IMG/VR virus record: IMGVR_UViG_3300042516_004698
Span: 1-64,000 of that record
DNA from: a virus
Length of the DNA stretch: 64,000 nucleotides
Direction: 5' to 3' (one strand)
Shown: positions 9,043 to 17,796 of the stretch, piece after piece
Layout: each line of letters starts with the position of its first letter
How positions within the stretch are numbered: the stretch's first letter is position 1
The notes under the pieces: generated by a model
Seen by the model: only the letters and a program-made list of their open reading frames with translations
What the model was told of the DNA's origin: nothing
Database searches by the model: none
Position numbers and translations under genes: made by a program

Positions 9043-10518
9043 ATGAGCATGATCAAAGTCATTCAGCCGCAGTCGCAAGACTTCAGCGAACCGGTTGCCG
9101 CCCTTATCAAAGTCTCGAGCCGCGGCATCATCGGCAACGACAAGACCGATTTAATTAAGCGCGCCGGTGCTGAATTTGCCAGCAAACTGCACAACATCAA
9201 ATTCGCAAAAGATGAAGTTCCTGTGCACCTTATCGCGATTGGCGCTACAGAAGATTACGGCCCCAATCGTAACGGTGACGGTTTCAAGCGCGCCTGCTGC
9301 GAACAGTATCATGACACGTTTGTAAAGCACGCCCGATTTTATCGCGACCATTTGAACAAGAACCCGGCCAAGAGTTACGGTCTTGTAAAAGCGTCCGCGT
9401 ATCACGAGCCGATGAAGCGCATTGAACTACTCTGCGCGCTGAACGCTACAAAAGAAGCCGCAGAGCGTAACGGCGGACTTGTTGCCGATAAAGAACTCGA
9501 GAAGCTGGCTAATGGCGACGACATCGGCGTTTCTATGGCGTGCACAATTCCGTTTGACGTCTGCAGCCATTGCGGTAACAAAGCCCGTACCCGCGCCGAA
9601 TATTGCGATGACGCCAGCAACGGCGGTCACTGCAAAGCTGGCGGTTTAAAGCACAATCTCGGTAAGGTTGCACATGACGGCAGTGTACTTCATGCCGATA
9701 ATCCGAATCCGCGGTTTTTTGATATCTCTCACGTATTCCGCCCAGCTGATCGTATCGCATACATCTCCGGTACGTTCGATAAGGCCGCTAGCCACGAAAC
9801 TGTGTCAGGCGCAGAACTGGCTGAGCGCATGGGTGTTTCAGCTCCGTCTGCTTTTGGTATCGATAGCGGCGTATCTGACCGTGTACGCGCGCAGGTTGTT
9901 GCGCTGGAAAAGCTCTCAGCCGCCGAGCAATTAAGTCACTCTGAGCGTATTTGGACGCATGTTGCTTTAGCTGAATCAAGCGCAGTTCAGCCACCGTTAT
10001 CAGCGCAGGAGCTCGGCAATATCAAGATCGCCGAGGCTGTTCGCGCGTTAACCGACGCCGGCGTAATCCTGTCGCTTAAAGACTTCTTAACTCTCACCGT
10101 TAAGTCCGCCGAGGCCGAACTGGTACGGGCGGTTAGTTCTGCACTGCCGGGTGTGTTTACTAAAATTGCTGAAGAGCAGGATTTGCTTTCAACTTTAGAA
10201 CAAAATGCTTATAATCCTGCTTATACGGCAACACAGCATACGCGTATCTGGGCGGAGAAAGTCGCCGCTACGCGAAGCACGTTACCGGAGAACACCGAAA
10301 AGCGCGCTTATTTAGCCGCAATTCGCACGGCACAATCCGAACAACCCACGGTAACAACACACACAACAAAAACTGCTGCGACTAATAATCCAGCTGCAAC
10401 TAGTCTTGCGCGGCACTACGCTATGTATAAAATCGCAGCGTACGCCGAGTTTATGAAAAAATATGACGGTGATGGGTTGACAGCACCGTATTGTGTTATG
10501 CAGAATTATGTAATGTAA
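9043..10518 (+). CDS. putative prohead maturation serine protease with Cys-rich insert
   Basis: PNRNGDGF, candidate His in RDHLNK, candidate Ser in GVSMAC, FFDISHVFRPAD resemble HK97/assemblin-type protease motifs; CSHC...C...HC insert; upstream of scaffold and capsid genes. Confidence 0.7.
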   Translation: MSMIKVIQPQSQDFSEPVAALIKVSSRGIIGNDKTDLIKRAGAEFASKLHNIKFAKDEVPVHLIAIGATEDYGPNRNGDGFKRACCEQYHDTFVKHARFYRDHLNKNPAKSYGLVKASAYHEPMKRIELLCALNATKEAAERNGGLVADKELEKLANGDDIGVSMACTIPFDVCSHCGNKARTRAEYCDDASNGGHCKAGGLKHNLGKVAHDGSVLHADNPNPRFFDISHVFRPADRIAYISGTFDKAASHETVSGAELAERMGVSAPSAFGIDSGVSDRVRAQVVALEKLSAAEQLSHSERIWTHVALAESSAVQPPLSAQELGNIKIAEAVRALTDAGVILSLKDFLTLTVKSAEAELVRAVSSALPGVFTKIAEEQDLLSTLEQNAYNPAYTATQHTRIWAEKVAATRSTLPENTEKRAYLAAIRTAQSEQPTVTTHTTKTAATNNPAATSLARHYAMYKIAAYAEFMKKYDGDGLTAPYCVMQNYVM

Positions 10519-10557
10519 ACAACGCCGACACGATGTTGGCGCACAAAGGAGATAACT

Positions 10558-11862
10558 ATGGCACGGACGCCTCGCTCACTGTTTGCGCAACTGAACGCGC
10601 TTGCTGAAGAAATTTCGCAGAATGCTGAAAAGGTCGCGGCTGCAAAGTCTGCGTCCCCCGTGCCCGCCGATCCGGGCGGTTATCAGGGCGCTTCATCGCA
10701 CCCGAGCGCGCATGTTGATAACAATGTGCAGAAGGCGACGACCGGTTCGCGCGCTTCGGAATACGAAGCCGACGTTAAGAAGCAGCAGGGCGCGCTTGCC
10801 GTCGACAACACCCCCGAGCTTTCGCAAGAAGGCCGGCAGGACGACGTGCAGCTGAACATCGGCACCAACGCCGCTGCGACTGGCGAAGACCCGTCCGCTG
10901 AAAAAGATTACAAGGGCACGAAGGACGATCCGGGCACCACGCATCCGGCCAAGGCCAACGACGGCGAGAAGTACAGCTCGGTCACGTTCAAGCAGGCTCA
11001 CGCCAAGTGCAGCGATCTCGGCAACGAAATCCTTGCCGACCTGATTAACTTCGGCACCTCGGCTGTCGAAGAAAAGGCCGCTGGTATGCCGGACTTTATC
11101 CAGAAGAAGATCGACGCAAAAAAAGACAAGTCCAAGGGCGAGCTTAAAGGCGACCAGCACAAGCTGGACGTAGACGGCGATGGCGATATTGAGGGTTCAG
11201 ACCTTAAGAATCTTCGTGAGGGCAAAGAAGCCGCCTTTAGCGCTGGTTACGAGCTCGCCGCTGCGCTTGGTTTAGACAAGCAAGCCGCTGAGGCCAGTGT
11301 CCGGGACGTGTGCGCTAACACGCTGCGCGAAGCTGACGAGATGGCCGACCTGTTCGTCGGTTTCTACACGGCGAAGACGGCTGGTGCCGACCCGACTGAA
11401 GAAGCCGCCGAAGGTGAAGACCACAGCGCGGAAGGCGATAGTCAGTCTGGCGAAGCCGCTCCTGATATGGGCGGTGAAATGGCCGGGGCGCCCAGTGTTG
11501 AAGATATGATGGGCGGAGCTGGCGGTGGTGAGATGGGCGCTGCTCCCGGCGGCGAGCCGAGCGAAGAAGAAGCCCTGCAAGAGCTGGCGATGGCGCTGCA
11601 AGAGCTGGGCATATCCCCTGAAGAGCTGATGGCTGGCTTAGCCGGCGGCGGTGGTGAAATGGGCGGGATGCCGCCAGAAGGCATGCCGCCAGAAGCCGGT
11701 GCCCCGAAAATGGCCGCAGCGCGAGAGCTGCAAATGATTGGAAACGCCGTAGCTAATTTCAAGCGCGCCGGTGGTTTTCAGATCAAAGAGGCGCGCACCA
11801 AGCGGTCGCGTCAACTGCGTGACATTATGAAGGCCCACGTCCGCGAGCTCACAAGTCGTTGA
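10558..11862 (+). CDS. putative scaffolding / prohead core protein
   Basis: Acidic, low complexity, many K-x-A motifs, EF-hand-like DVDGDGDIEGSD; between protease and capsid genes. Confidence 0.6.
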   Translation: MARTPRSLFAQLNALAEEISQNAEKVAAAKSASPVPADPGGYQGASSHPSAHVDNNVQKATTGSRASEYEADVKKQQGALAVDNTPELSQEGRQDDVQLNIGTNAAATGEDPSAEKDYKGTKDDPGTTHPAKANDGEKYSSVTFKQAHAKCSDLGNEILADLINFGTSAVEEKAAGMPDFIQKKIDAKKDKSKGELKGDQHKLDVDGDGDIEGSDLKNLREGKEAAFSAGYELAAALGLDKQAAEASVRDVCANTLREADEMADLFVGFYTAKTAGADPTEEAAEGEDHSAEGDSQSGEAAPDMGGEMAGAPSVEDMMGGAGGGEMGAAPGGEPSEEEALQELAMALQELGISPEELMAGLAGGGGEMGGMPPEGMPPEAGAPKMAAARELQMIGNAVANFKRAGGFQIKEARTKRSRQLRDIMKAHVRELTSR

Positions 11863-11866
11863 ATTT

Positions 11867-11878
11867 AAACGGAGGTTT
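11867..11878 (+). promoter_or_regulatory. GGA-loop SD hairpin (weaker CsrA-type site)
   Basis: AAAC-GGAG-GTTT just before ATG 11881. Confidence 0.35.
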
Positions 11879-11880
11879 CC

Positions 11881-12306
11881 ATGTCCGATAAGAACGTTTT
11901 AGTCCAGAAGATCATCGACTACATCGGCTTTTCTGATGTTGCGATGAGCAAAGCGGCCGAAGTCCTCAAGACTCGCGAGTCGCAGCACGAGAAGATTGCT
12001 TCTCTGATTCCGGAGGCTGTGAAAGCTTGTGTTGAACACGAGCGCATCGAGCCGCATCAGAAGGAAGCACTGGCTGCTGCCCTGCAGGATCCGGTCCGCG
12101 CGATCGAGCTTGTTGTGAAGTTAGCGTCACACCGCAACGCGGCCGAGATGGCCCGTATCGGCGCGCCGACAACGACACAGAAGACGGCTGGATACGACCC
12201 GAACAATAGCGTCACAAGCTCGTACGTGGGCGCTCGTGACGGCAAGCTCCGGGCCTCGGACATTAAGTTGTTCACGGGCCTTGGGCTGAATCCGCCCACA
12301 AACTGA
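11881..12306 (+). CDS. putative head assembly protein
   Basis: Strong SD; KAA, KIAS, KLAS and KTAG motifs. Confidence 0.7.
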   Translation: MSDKNVLVQKIIDYIGFSDVAMSKAAEVLKTRESQHEKIASLIPEAVKACVEHERIEPHQKEALAAALQDPVRAIELVVKLASHRNAAEMARIGAPTTTQKTAGYDPNNSVTSSYVGARDGKLRASDIKLFTGLGLNPPTN

Positions 12307-12350
12307 TTGAGAGATTCTTTACTACGAAGTGCGTGGCGCACTTTAAACCC

Positions 12351-12368
12351 TAAGACACGGAGGTCTTA
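12351..12368 (+). promoter_or_regulatory. CsrA-consensus SD hairpin
   Basis: TAAGAC-ACGGAG-GTCTTA, perfect 6-bp stem with ANGGAN hexaloop, 3 nt before ATG 12372. Confidence 0.7.
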
Positions 12369-12371
12369 ACT

Positions 12372-12932
12372 ATGGCAGCTCCCGATCTTCCCTTCGAACA
12401 CGCCGTTGATATCAAAAAGGGCTGGTTCGACATGGCGTCGCTCGACTACTCGGCCAAGCTGGGTACAGTCGGCTACACCCTCCCGCGCGGCCGCGTGGTG
12501 CACCTTGAGCACGTAAACGGCGCAGAAGTTTTTCTGCCCGGCGTACGCGCTACTGACGTCGCTATCTTCCTGCTTAATGGCGCTAACGATGCCGACGTTT
12601 CAAACGACGGCACCACAGCTTCGGGCAAGTTTGTGCAGCAGGCGATCTCGCCGAGCGGCAAGCTGTCCGGCGTAGTGGCCACAGGCGGTTACGAGATCGA
12701 CTCGACAGAGTTCGTCTCAAACCGGTCTTACGTTGCCGGCGATCTTCTCACGGCCCCCCTCGGTGCTGCCTCCGGCAACGCCGCGACCGGTGGCGTGCTG
12801 ACCAACGCCAGCGTCACTCAGTTTGTCACACCGGTGGTCGGTGTGGTGTCCAGCGGTAAACACACCAACCACAACGGCGTCAGCACGCTCTCCTTCTGGA
12901 GCGTGTGGCTTCCCGGCGCGGTACCCGGCTGA
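12372..12932 (+). CDS. putative capsid decoration / cement protein
   Basis: Beta-rich 186 aa gene directly before the capsid gene; YVAGDLLTA and VVGVVS patterns typical of such proteins. Confidence 0.6.
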   Translation: MAAPDLPFEHAVDIKKGWFDMASLDYSAKLGTVGYTLPRGRVVHLEHVNGAEVFLPGVRATDVAIFLLNGANDADVSNDGTTASGKFVQQAISPSGKLSGVVATGGYEIDSTEFVSNRSYVAGDLLTAPLGAASGNAATGGVLTNASVTQFVTPVVGVVSSGKHTNHNGVSTLSFWSVWLPGAVPG

Positions 12933-12951
12933 AACTAACCCTTAACTATCA

Positions 12952-12967
12952 GGAACACGGAGGTTCC
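12952..12967 (+). promoter_or_regulatory. CsrA-consensus SD hairpin of the major capsid gene
   Basis: GGAAC-ACGGAG-GTTCC, perfect 5-bp stem, 2 nt before ATG 12970. Confidence 0.7.
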
Positions 12968-12969
12968 AA

Positions 12970-13896
12970 ATGCCTACACAGTCAGAAATCCAACTGCTCA
13001 ACGAAACACTGTTTGAGCAGCTCGACACTCCCGGCATGCAGAAGCAGGCCATCGACGCGGTTAACGACTTCACGCGCACCAAGATGCGTGAAGACGGGTT
13101 CTACCGGCGGATTATGCCGCCGCTGACAATCACCAACGACGAGCTCGACCGTCAGGTTGACACTGACAAGCCCGTCAAGATTGTCGATAAGGAACCCGAT
13201 TCCCCGGCTGCCGTGTCGATCCCGTTTGCCACGCTGCCCGTTAACTTTTACATCCGTGGCCCGCGTTACCGCGTCATGTTTGACCGGATCGTGTCGCCCC
13301 GCGCTGTGAAGGACGTCGACGAACTGCGCACCTACGTCATGGACATCCGGCAGGTTCTGTCGGACAACATGATCAAGGACATGCTCGCCGAAGAAGACGG
13401 AAAGTTCATGGCCGCGATCAACGCTGTGCTCCCGACTGCGGGCGCCCCGGCTGTTGGCTCGGGCGAAGTTCAATACGAGGAGATCTACGGTGGTATCACC
13501 CGCGAAACGCTGGTTGACGCCCTCAAGATCATGCCGCGTACGGCTTCGCACTTCGAGGTTGAGACTTGCCTCGTGAATAACCTCACGATCAAGGAGCTCC
13601 TCAAGTTCGGTCGCGACGAAATGGGTGGTGACTTCTCGCAAGACATCATCAAGAACGGCTGGGCGGAAACCAACTTCCTGAATTGCCGCTGGATCGTGAC
13701 GATCAAGACGGGCCTTGTCCCCACGGACAGCCTGTTCATGTTCGCCTCGCCCAAGTTCATCGGCAAGAACTACGAGCTCGAGCCCACCACGATGTACATC
13801 CGTCGTGAAGCTTACATGCTCGAGTATTTTGCCTATGAGACGACAGGCGGCTCGTTCGGCCATACGAACGGTCTGGCCCGCGTCGATTTCAAGTGA
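12970..13896 (+). CDS. putative major capsid protein (HK97 fold inferred)
   Basis: 308 aa; protease-scaffold-decoration-capsid order; strong C-ending codon bias; N-terminal MQKQA motif. Confidence 0.7.
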   Translation: MPTQSEIQLLNETLFEQLDTPGMQKQAIDAVNDFTRTKMREDGFYRRIMPPLTITNDELDRQVDTDKPVKIVDKEPDSPAAVSIPFATLPVNFYIRGPRYRVMFDRIVSPRAVKDVDELRTYVMDIRQVLSDNMIKDMLAEEDGKFMAAINAVLPTAGAPAVGSGEVQYEEIYGGITRETLVDALKIMPRTASHFEVETCLVNNLTIKELLKFGRDEMGGDFSQDIIKNGWAETNFLNCRWIVTIKTGLVPTDSLFMFASPKFIGKNYELEPTTMYIRREAYMLEYFAYETTGGSFGHTNGLARVDFK

Positions 13897-13927
13897 TAAC
13901 AACGTTTAACTTTCAAGGAGCACAGAC

Positions 13928-14311
13928 ATGGATCAGGTAAAGCAGGCGGCCGAGCAGGGTTATGCCACACTCGTGGCGGAACTTGCCGCGCCGTACTTTT
14001 TCGAGAAGCTTTCAGCGCACGGCATCTCGCCGCGCAATGAGGACGAGGCCGCAGAAATGTGGTCGGCCGCCCAGAAGCTTCATGTGCTCTATACAGCCGA
14101 GCAGCACAAGGCTGCCGCTGTACAGACCTCAAAGCTGGCTAGCGCCAACGAGCAGCTCGACGCTGTTCTTGTCGCCGCTGGCTTGGCCGGGTCTGAGAAG
14201 GTTGCGGCTTTTAATCAAGCGGCGGACGTCGCTGCGGCTCAGCCCAACATCGCCGACGCGGTGTTGAAGCTGCAAGCCGCTGCGGCGATCGCGCTGCAAA
14301 ACGCTAGCTAA
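13928..14311 (+). CDS. Ala-rich putative head protein
   Basis: AAGGAG SD; KQAA, KAAA, KLAS and KVAA motifs. Confidence 0.7.
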   Translation: MDQVKQAAEQGYATLVAELAAPYFFEKLSAHGISPRNEDEAAEMWSAAQKLHVLYTAEQHKAAAVQTSKLASANEQLDAVLVAAGLAGSEKVAAFNQAADVAAAQPNIADAVLKLQAAAAIALQNAS

Positions 14312-14329
14312 CTAATCTAGGAGCTTTTC

Positions 14330-14722
14330 ATGCCAAACACGACAACGGATCTCTATACGACTGTAAAGAACGTTTCTGGGACAACCCAGACGTTCGGGTT
14401 TCTTGGTAAGCACGGCAAGCGACTCGCGAACAACGAAACCTATTCGGTTCGTGGGGATCTTGTCGGCGCTCTCGGCGCAGAACGCAGCACACGGCGTTTC
14501 GCTGCTCTTGAGCGGGCGCTTGTTAACGGCGCTCTGACTATTGTAAAGTCTCCGTCGGTGTACTTGCTGAGCGAAACTGGTGGCAACACCCGCGAGCTTG
14601 GTATGGCGTCGACCAATGAGCTGGGCACAACGGTTCCGTCGTTTGCCGGCGGCGGTGACTTCATCGAGGGCGACCTGAACACTAATGACGTAGCGAGCTC
14701 TAGCAGCTCTAGCGCCCCCTGA
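14330..14722 (+). CDS. hypothetical virion protein with C-terminal Ser run
   Basis: AGGAG SD; last gene before a terminator hairpin. Confidence 0.7.
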   Translation: MPNTTTDLYTTVKNVSGTTQTFGFLGKHGKRLANNETYSVRGDLVGALGAERSTRRFAALERALVNGALTIVKSPSVYLLSETGGNTRELGMASTNELGTTVPSFAGGGDFIEGDLNTNDVASSSSSSAP

Positions 14723-14752
14723 GTTTAATTATCGCGATTCATCGTGATAAGA

Positions 14753-14787
14753 TAAGGGCTGGCCTCCGGGCCAGCCCTTAATCTTTT
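14753..14787 (+). terminator. intrinsic terminator-like hairpin ending the head operon
   Basis: TAAGGGCTGGCC-TCCG-GGCCAGCCCTTA 12-bp stem followed by ATCTTTT. Confidence 0.75.
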
Positions 14788-14804
14788 ACATAGCGAGCTA
14801 AAAC

Positions 14805-15812
14805 ATGGTTGTAATTGCTACGCCGAATGCTCCGCCGCCAGAACCTTGCTGCGATACGGATACCGGAACGCCGCCGACGCCAGCCGCTGTGCCGTTTGCC
14901 GGCCAGAGCGTGATCAGCGCGCCAATATCTGCCGTCAGCGGTCAGCCTATTTTGTCTCGTATGCGGGCTGTGTCGCTCACACAGGGCCAGACAACGACAA
15001 TAGAGTGGCAGTTGCACGACAAAGACGGCGCCCCAATTAATTTAACGTCATTGGGTTTTACGAATAATTCGACGTCGTCCGGGCCGTTTCAAATCGTAAT
15101 GCGGATAAAAGAACAGGTAGCGCTCGGTATTGGCAACTACGGTCCGCTGCAGGTACCCGCCACTGTAAAAACAGCGGCTACCGGTATTGTGACAGTGGCG
15201 ATGACCGCGAATCTGACGCAACTGCCGGGAGTGTATTACGGCGAAATGGCGCTGATAGACACATCAAATCCGAACGTGTCGTCGAAAATGATTTTTTCGA
15301 ACACGTTTTCAGTGATTATTTCACGGAGTACGTTCGGTAACTCTACGCCGGGCGGTCCGCCGTCTATGGCAGAAATCCGATTGCATTTACGAGATAGCGC
15401 GCCCGGCGAGAGCTTTTTGCTCGACCACCTGATGTTTGACGACGCGGAAATCGCGCTGGCTATTACCCGGCCTATTCAATACTGGAACGAGATCCCCCCG
15501 CCGATCGCTACTTTTACAACGCAAGACTTCCCGTACAGGTATCACTGGCTTGAAGGTATTTGCGCCAATCTGTTCTTTATGGTTGCTGAGCAGTTCCGTA
15601 GAAACCAGTTGAGCTACTCGGCTGCAGGTATCGCGCTCGATGACCAGAACAAAGAGCCCAATTATGAGCGTGCCGGCCAAATGCGGTGGCAGGCGTACAG
15701 AGAGTGGGTGCGCGCGCAAAAAGCCTCGCTCAACCTTGAGGGCGGCTACGGCGAAGTCGGCTCGCTCTACCAATATGGCGTTTACTCGTCCGGTATTCGG
15801 TCTCGGTACTAG
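14805..15812 (+). CDS. putative head-tail adaptor / neck protein with N-terminal Ig-like domain
   Basis: Position after the head genes; BppU-like N-terminal part (APINLT, PGVYYGEM); helical C-terminal part. Confidence 0.5.
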   Translation: MVVIATPNAPPPEPCCDTDTGTPPTPAAVPFAGQSVISAPISAVSGQPILSRMRAVSLTQGQTTTIEWQLHDKDGAPINLTSLGFTNNSTSSGPFQIVMRIKEQVALGIGNYGPLQVPATVKTAATGIVTVAMTANLTQLPGVYYGEMALIDTSNPNVSSKMIFSNTFSVIISRSTFGNSTPGGPPSMAEIRLHLRDSAPGESFLLDHLMFDDAEIALAITRPIQYWNEIPPPIATFTTQDFPYRYHWLEGICANLFFMVAEQFRRNQLSYSAAGIALDDQNKEPNYERAGQMRWQAYREWVRAQKASLNLEGGYGEVGSLYQYGVYSSGIRSRY

Positions 15813-15814
15813 GC

Positions 15815-15851
15815 GCTAAAAATCCGTTAAAAATGCGGCATATTAAATAGT
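15815..15851 (+). promoter_or_regulatory. putative phage promoter, copy 1
   Basis: GCTAAA-N14-GCGGCATATTAAATAGT; same boxes and spacing as 58868-58904. Confidence 0.65.
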
Positions 15852-15890
15852 GGTGTTTGCTACTATTTGCCCGATTTAACGGAGGTATCG

Positions 15891-16325
15891 GTGATCAAAA
15901 CAAGCGCTGTCGACATGGCGCTCGCGCAGATTGTGAAAATGCGTGAGCACGATCGGCTGAATTCGGAAAGTTTTAATTTATACGAGGAGCTACTCGCGTT
16001 ACATCACGCCCGCGGTGGCTCTGGAGACGAGCTGCCCGATAAGGCATACTCAGAATTGGCCCGGATGATTGCGGCTATATTGCTGGATATGGGCAACAGC
16101 GCTAATACAAAGTTTGCCGCGCTGCTCACGTTTATCCGTGATTTGCCCGACGATACCGCGGCGAGTGCGGAAACGGTAGACAAGCTGAAAGACACGGCGC
16201 TCGAGGCGGCTGATAGTTACTTGTTTACGTTAAGCATGTGCAAGGCGTCTCTCGCTGACGCGGATTACAAGTATCTTGCCGAGGTCGCTATTGACGCTAA
16301 CAAGGACGCGTTGCAGGCCTCGTAA
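15891..16325 (+). CDS. hypothetical helical protein in its own transcription unit
   Basis: GGAGG SD 5 nt before in-frame GTG 15891; own promoter and terminator. Confidence 0.7.
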   Translation: MIKTSAVDMALAQIVKMREHDRLNSESFNLYEELLALHHARGGSGDELPDKAYSELARMIAAILLDMGNSANTKFAALLTFIRDLPDDTAASAETVDKLKDTALEAADSYLFTLSMCKASLADADYKYLAEVAIDANKDALQAS

Positions 16326-16344
16326 CAATTTCACTGGTTAATTT

Positions 16345-16378
16345 GGGGCGCCCGTAAGCGCGTGCGCCCCTTTTTTTT
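16345..16378 (+). terminator. Rho-independent terminator
   Basis: GGGGCGC...GCGCCCC stem followed by T8. Confidence 0.85.
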
Positions 16379-16417
16379 AGCTATCAGCGCAGCCATAATG
16401 AATGGGCGAGAATAACT

Positions 16418-17644
16418 ATGTCACTACAGAAAACATACCCGTTTCGACGTGTTTCCGTAGATCACATGATTTACGGGACGACGCGCGTGTGGTGGCAGCT
16501 CGAGCCAACGTTTAATGACCCGGGTCCGTATGTATTCCAGCTGCAGGTTGGCCGTACAGGGCTGCAAGAAGCCGACGACTGGCGCAATCTCGGGGCGCCG
16601 GTAATTAACGGCTATCATACGTTTGACAATAAACGCCACAACGTCGGCACTGTTTGGACAGCTCATTATCGATTAACGCTTACTACACCTAACGGTTATT
16701 ACGTGTCGCCGGCTTCGCCAAGCACCGGCGAGCTGTCAGAGCAAGATTGGCTGCTGTCTCGAGAAATTATCCGCAAAGAGCAGTTGCGAAGTAGAAAACT
16801 AGCTGTCGGCGGTTATTTAATTAAAGCGTTCCGTTACGGTGCGCCATGCCCCCGCTGCCGCGACAAATTAACTGAAGAGTCTGGCGACACTGATTGCCCG
16901 GTATGCTACGGCACAGCGCTTGAAAACGGCTACCACCCTGCTTTACCGTTACAGTGCTGGGACTTGAGCTTGCAGACTATCGACGAAAACAGCGACGCCA
17001 ACCTACGCGGCACAACAAGAGAAAACGCCGTAGTTACCGCGCGCGTAATAGGCTTCCCGGCGCTGAATTACCGCGATATCTGGGTAAACGGCACGAGCGA
17101 CGAGCGGTGGGTAGTGCAAGCTGTTAAGTCTGCCGCAGCTGTACGCGGGCTACCAATCGTATATGAAGTGCAGATGGAGCTTATCCCGCTTAGTAGTGTT
17201 GTGTACTACATACCGCTATCGTCAGCCGAATCGGGCCCGGCGATTCCGCTGCCGAGTGTGGGTGACGGGTGCGCGGTCGTGGGGCCAGCTTACGACGGGC
17301 TAGATTTACGTTATTTAACATCGCTGAATACGCCAGTTGCGGGCGCGCGGGTTTACGCATTTAAAAAAGCCGACGCTGACCGCGGTTTCCCCGATTACCC
17401 GCCGCGGCATTTAGCTGTTGCCGCTACAACGACAGATGCTGCAGGCTCTTGGGTCGCTAACTTAAGGCTAGACCCCGGCGACTACGTGCTGCTATACGAG
17501 AAGCTCAACGAATTTGGGCCAGACACCAAGGCAGTTAAAGTTTTAGAGCCTGTGTGCTACCCCACTAGTTCGTCGTCATCGTCATGTGCGCCAAAACCAC
17601 CCATTGGGCCCGTCCGCCAAGTTAACACATTTTGGGATATATGA
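16418..17644 (+). CDS. putative head closure / neck protein with CxxC pairs
   Basis: CPRC...CPVCYGT; neck position; C-terminal beta-sandwich and Ser run. Confidence 0.5.
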   Translation: MSLQKTYPFRRVSVDHMIYGTTRVWWQLEPTFNDPGPYVFQLQVGRTGLQEADDWRNLGAPVINGYHTFDNKRHNVGTVWTAHYRLTLTTPNGYYVSPASPSTGELSEQDWLLSREIIRKEQLRSRKLAVGGYLIKAFRYGAPCPRCRDKLTEESGDTDCPVCYGTALENGYHPALPLQCWDLSLQTIDENSDANLRGTTRENAVVTARVIGFPALNYRDIWVNGTSDERWVVQAVKSAAAVRGLPIVYEVQMELIPLSSVVYYIPLSSAESGPAIPLPSVGDGCAVVGPAYDGLDLRYLTSLNTPVAGARVYAFKKADADRGFPDYPPRHLAVAATTTDAAGSWVANLRLDPGDYVLLYEKLNEFGPDTKAVKVLEPVCYPTSSSSSSCAPKPPIGPVRQVNTFWDI

Positions 17645-17796
17645 TGCAGCCCGATAAATTGCGGCTTAACGCCCAAATTGAGATGCGCGCTAAGCCACTA
17701 AAGACGCTACCGCAAATATCAATTACGCCCGAATTACCGAAAACAGATTCGCTACGTAGGTACCTTAAAGATGTCGCACGAAAATCAGAGCAATGA
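17641..17796 (+). CDS. small hypothetical protein (51 aa, below the ORF-track cutoff)
   Basis: ATGA overlap with the upstream stop; MMQPDKLRLNAQIEMRAKPLK...; fills the gap. Confidence 0.4.
   Translation: MMQPDKLRLNAQIEMRAKPLKTLPQISITPELPKTDSLRRYLKDVARKSEQ

Noticed and set aside
12982-13902. 306-aa antisense ORF covering the capsid gene
   Set aside because: In-register shadow produced by the strong codon bias of the + strand gene; no SD or recognisable motifs.
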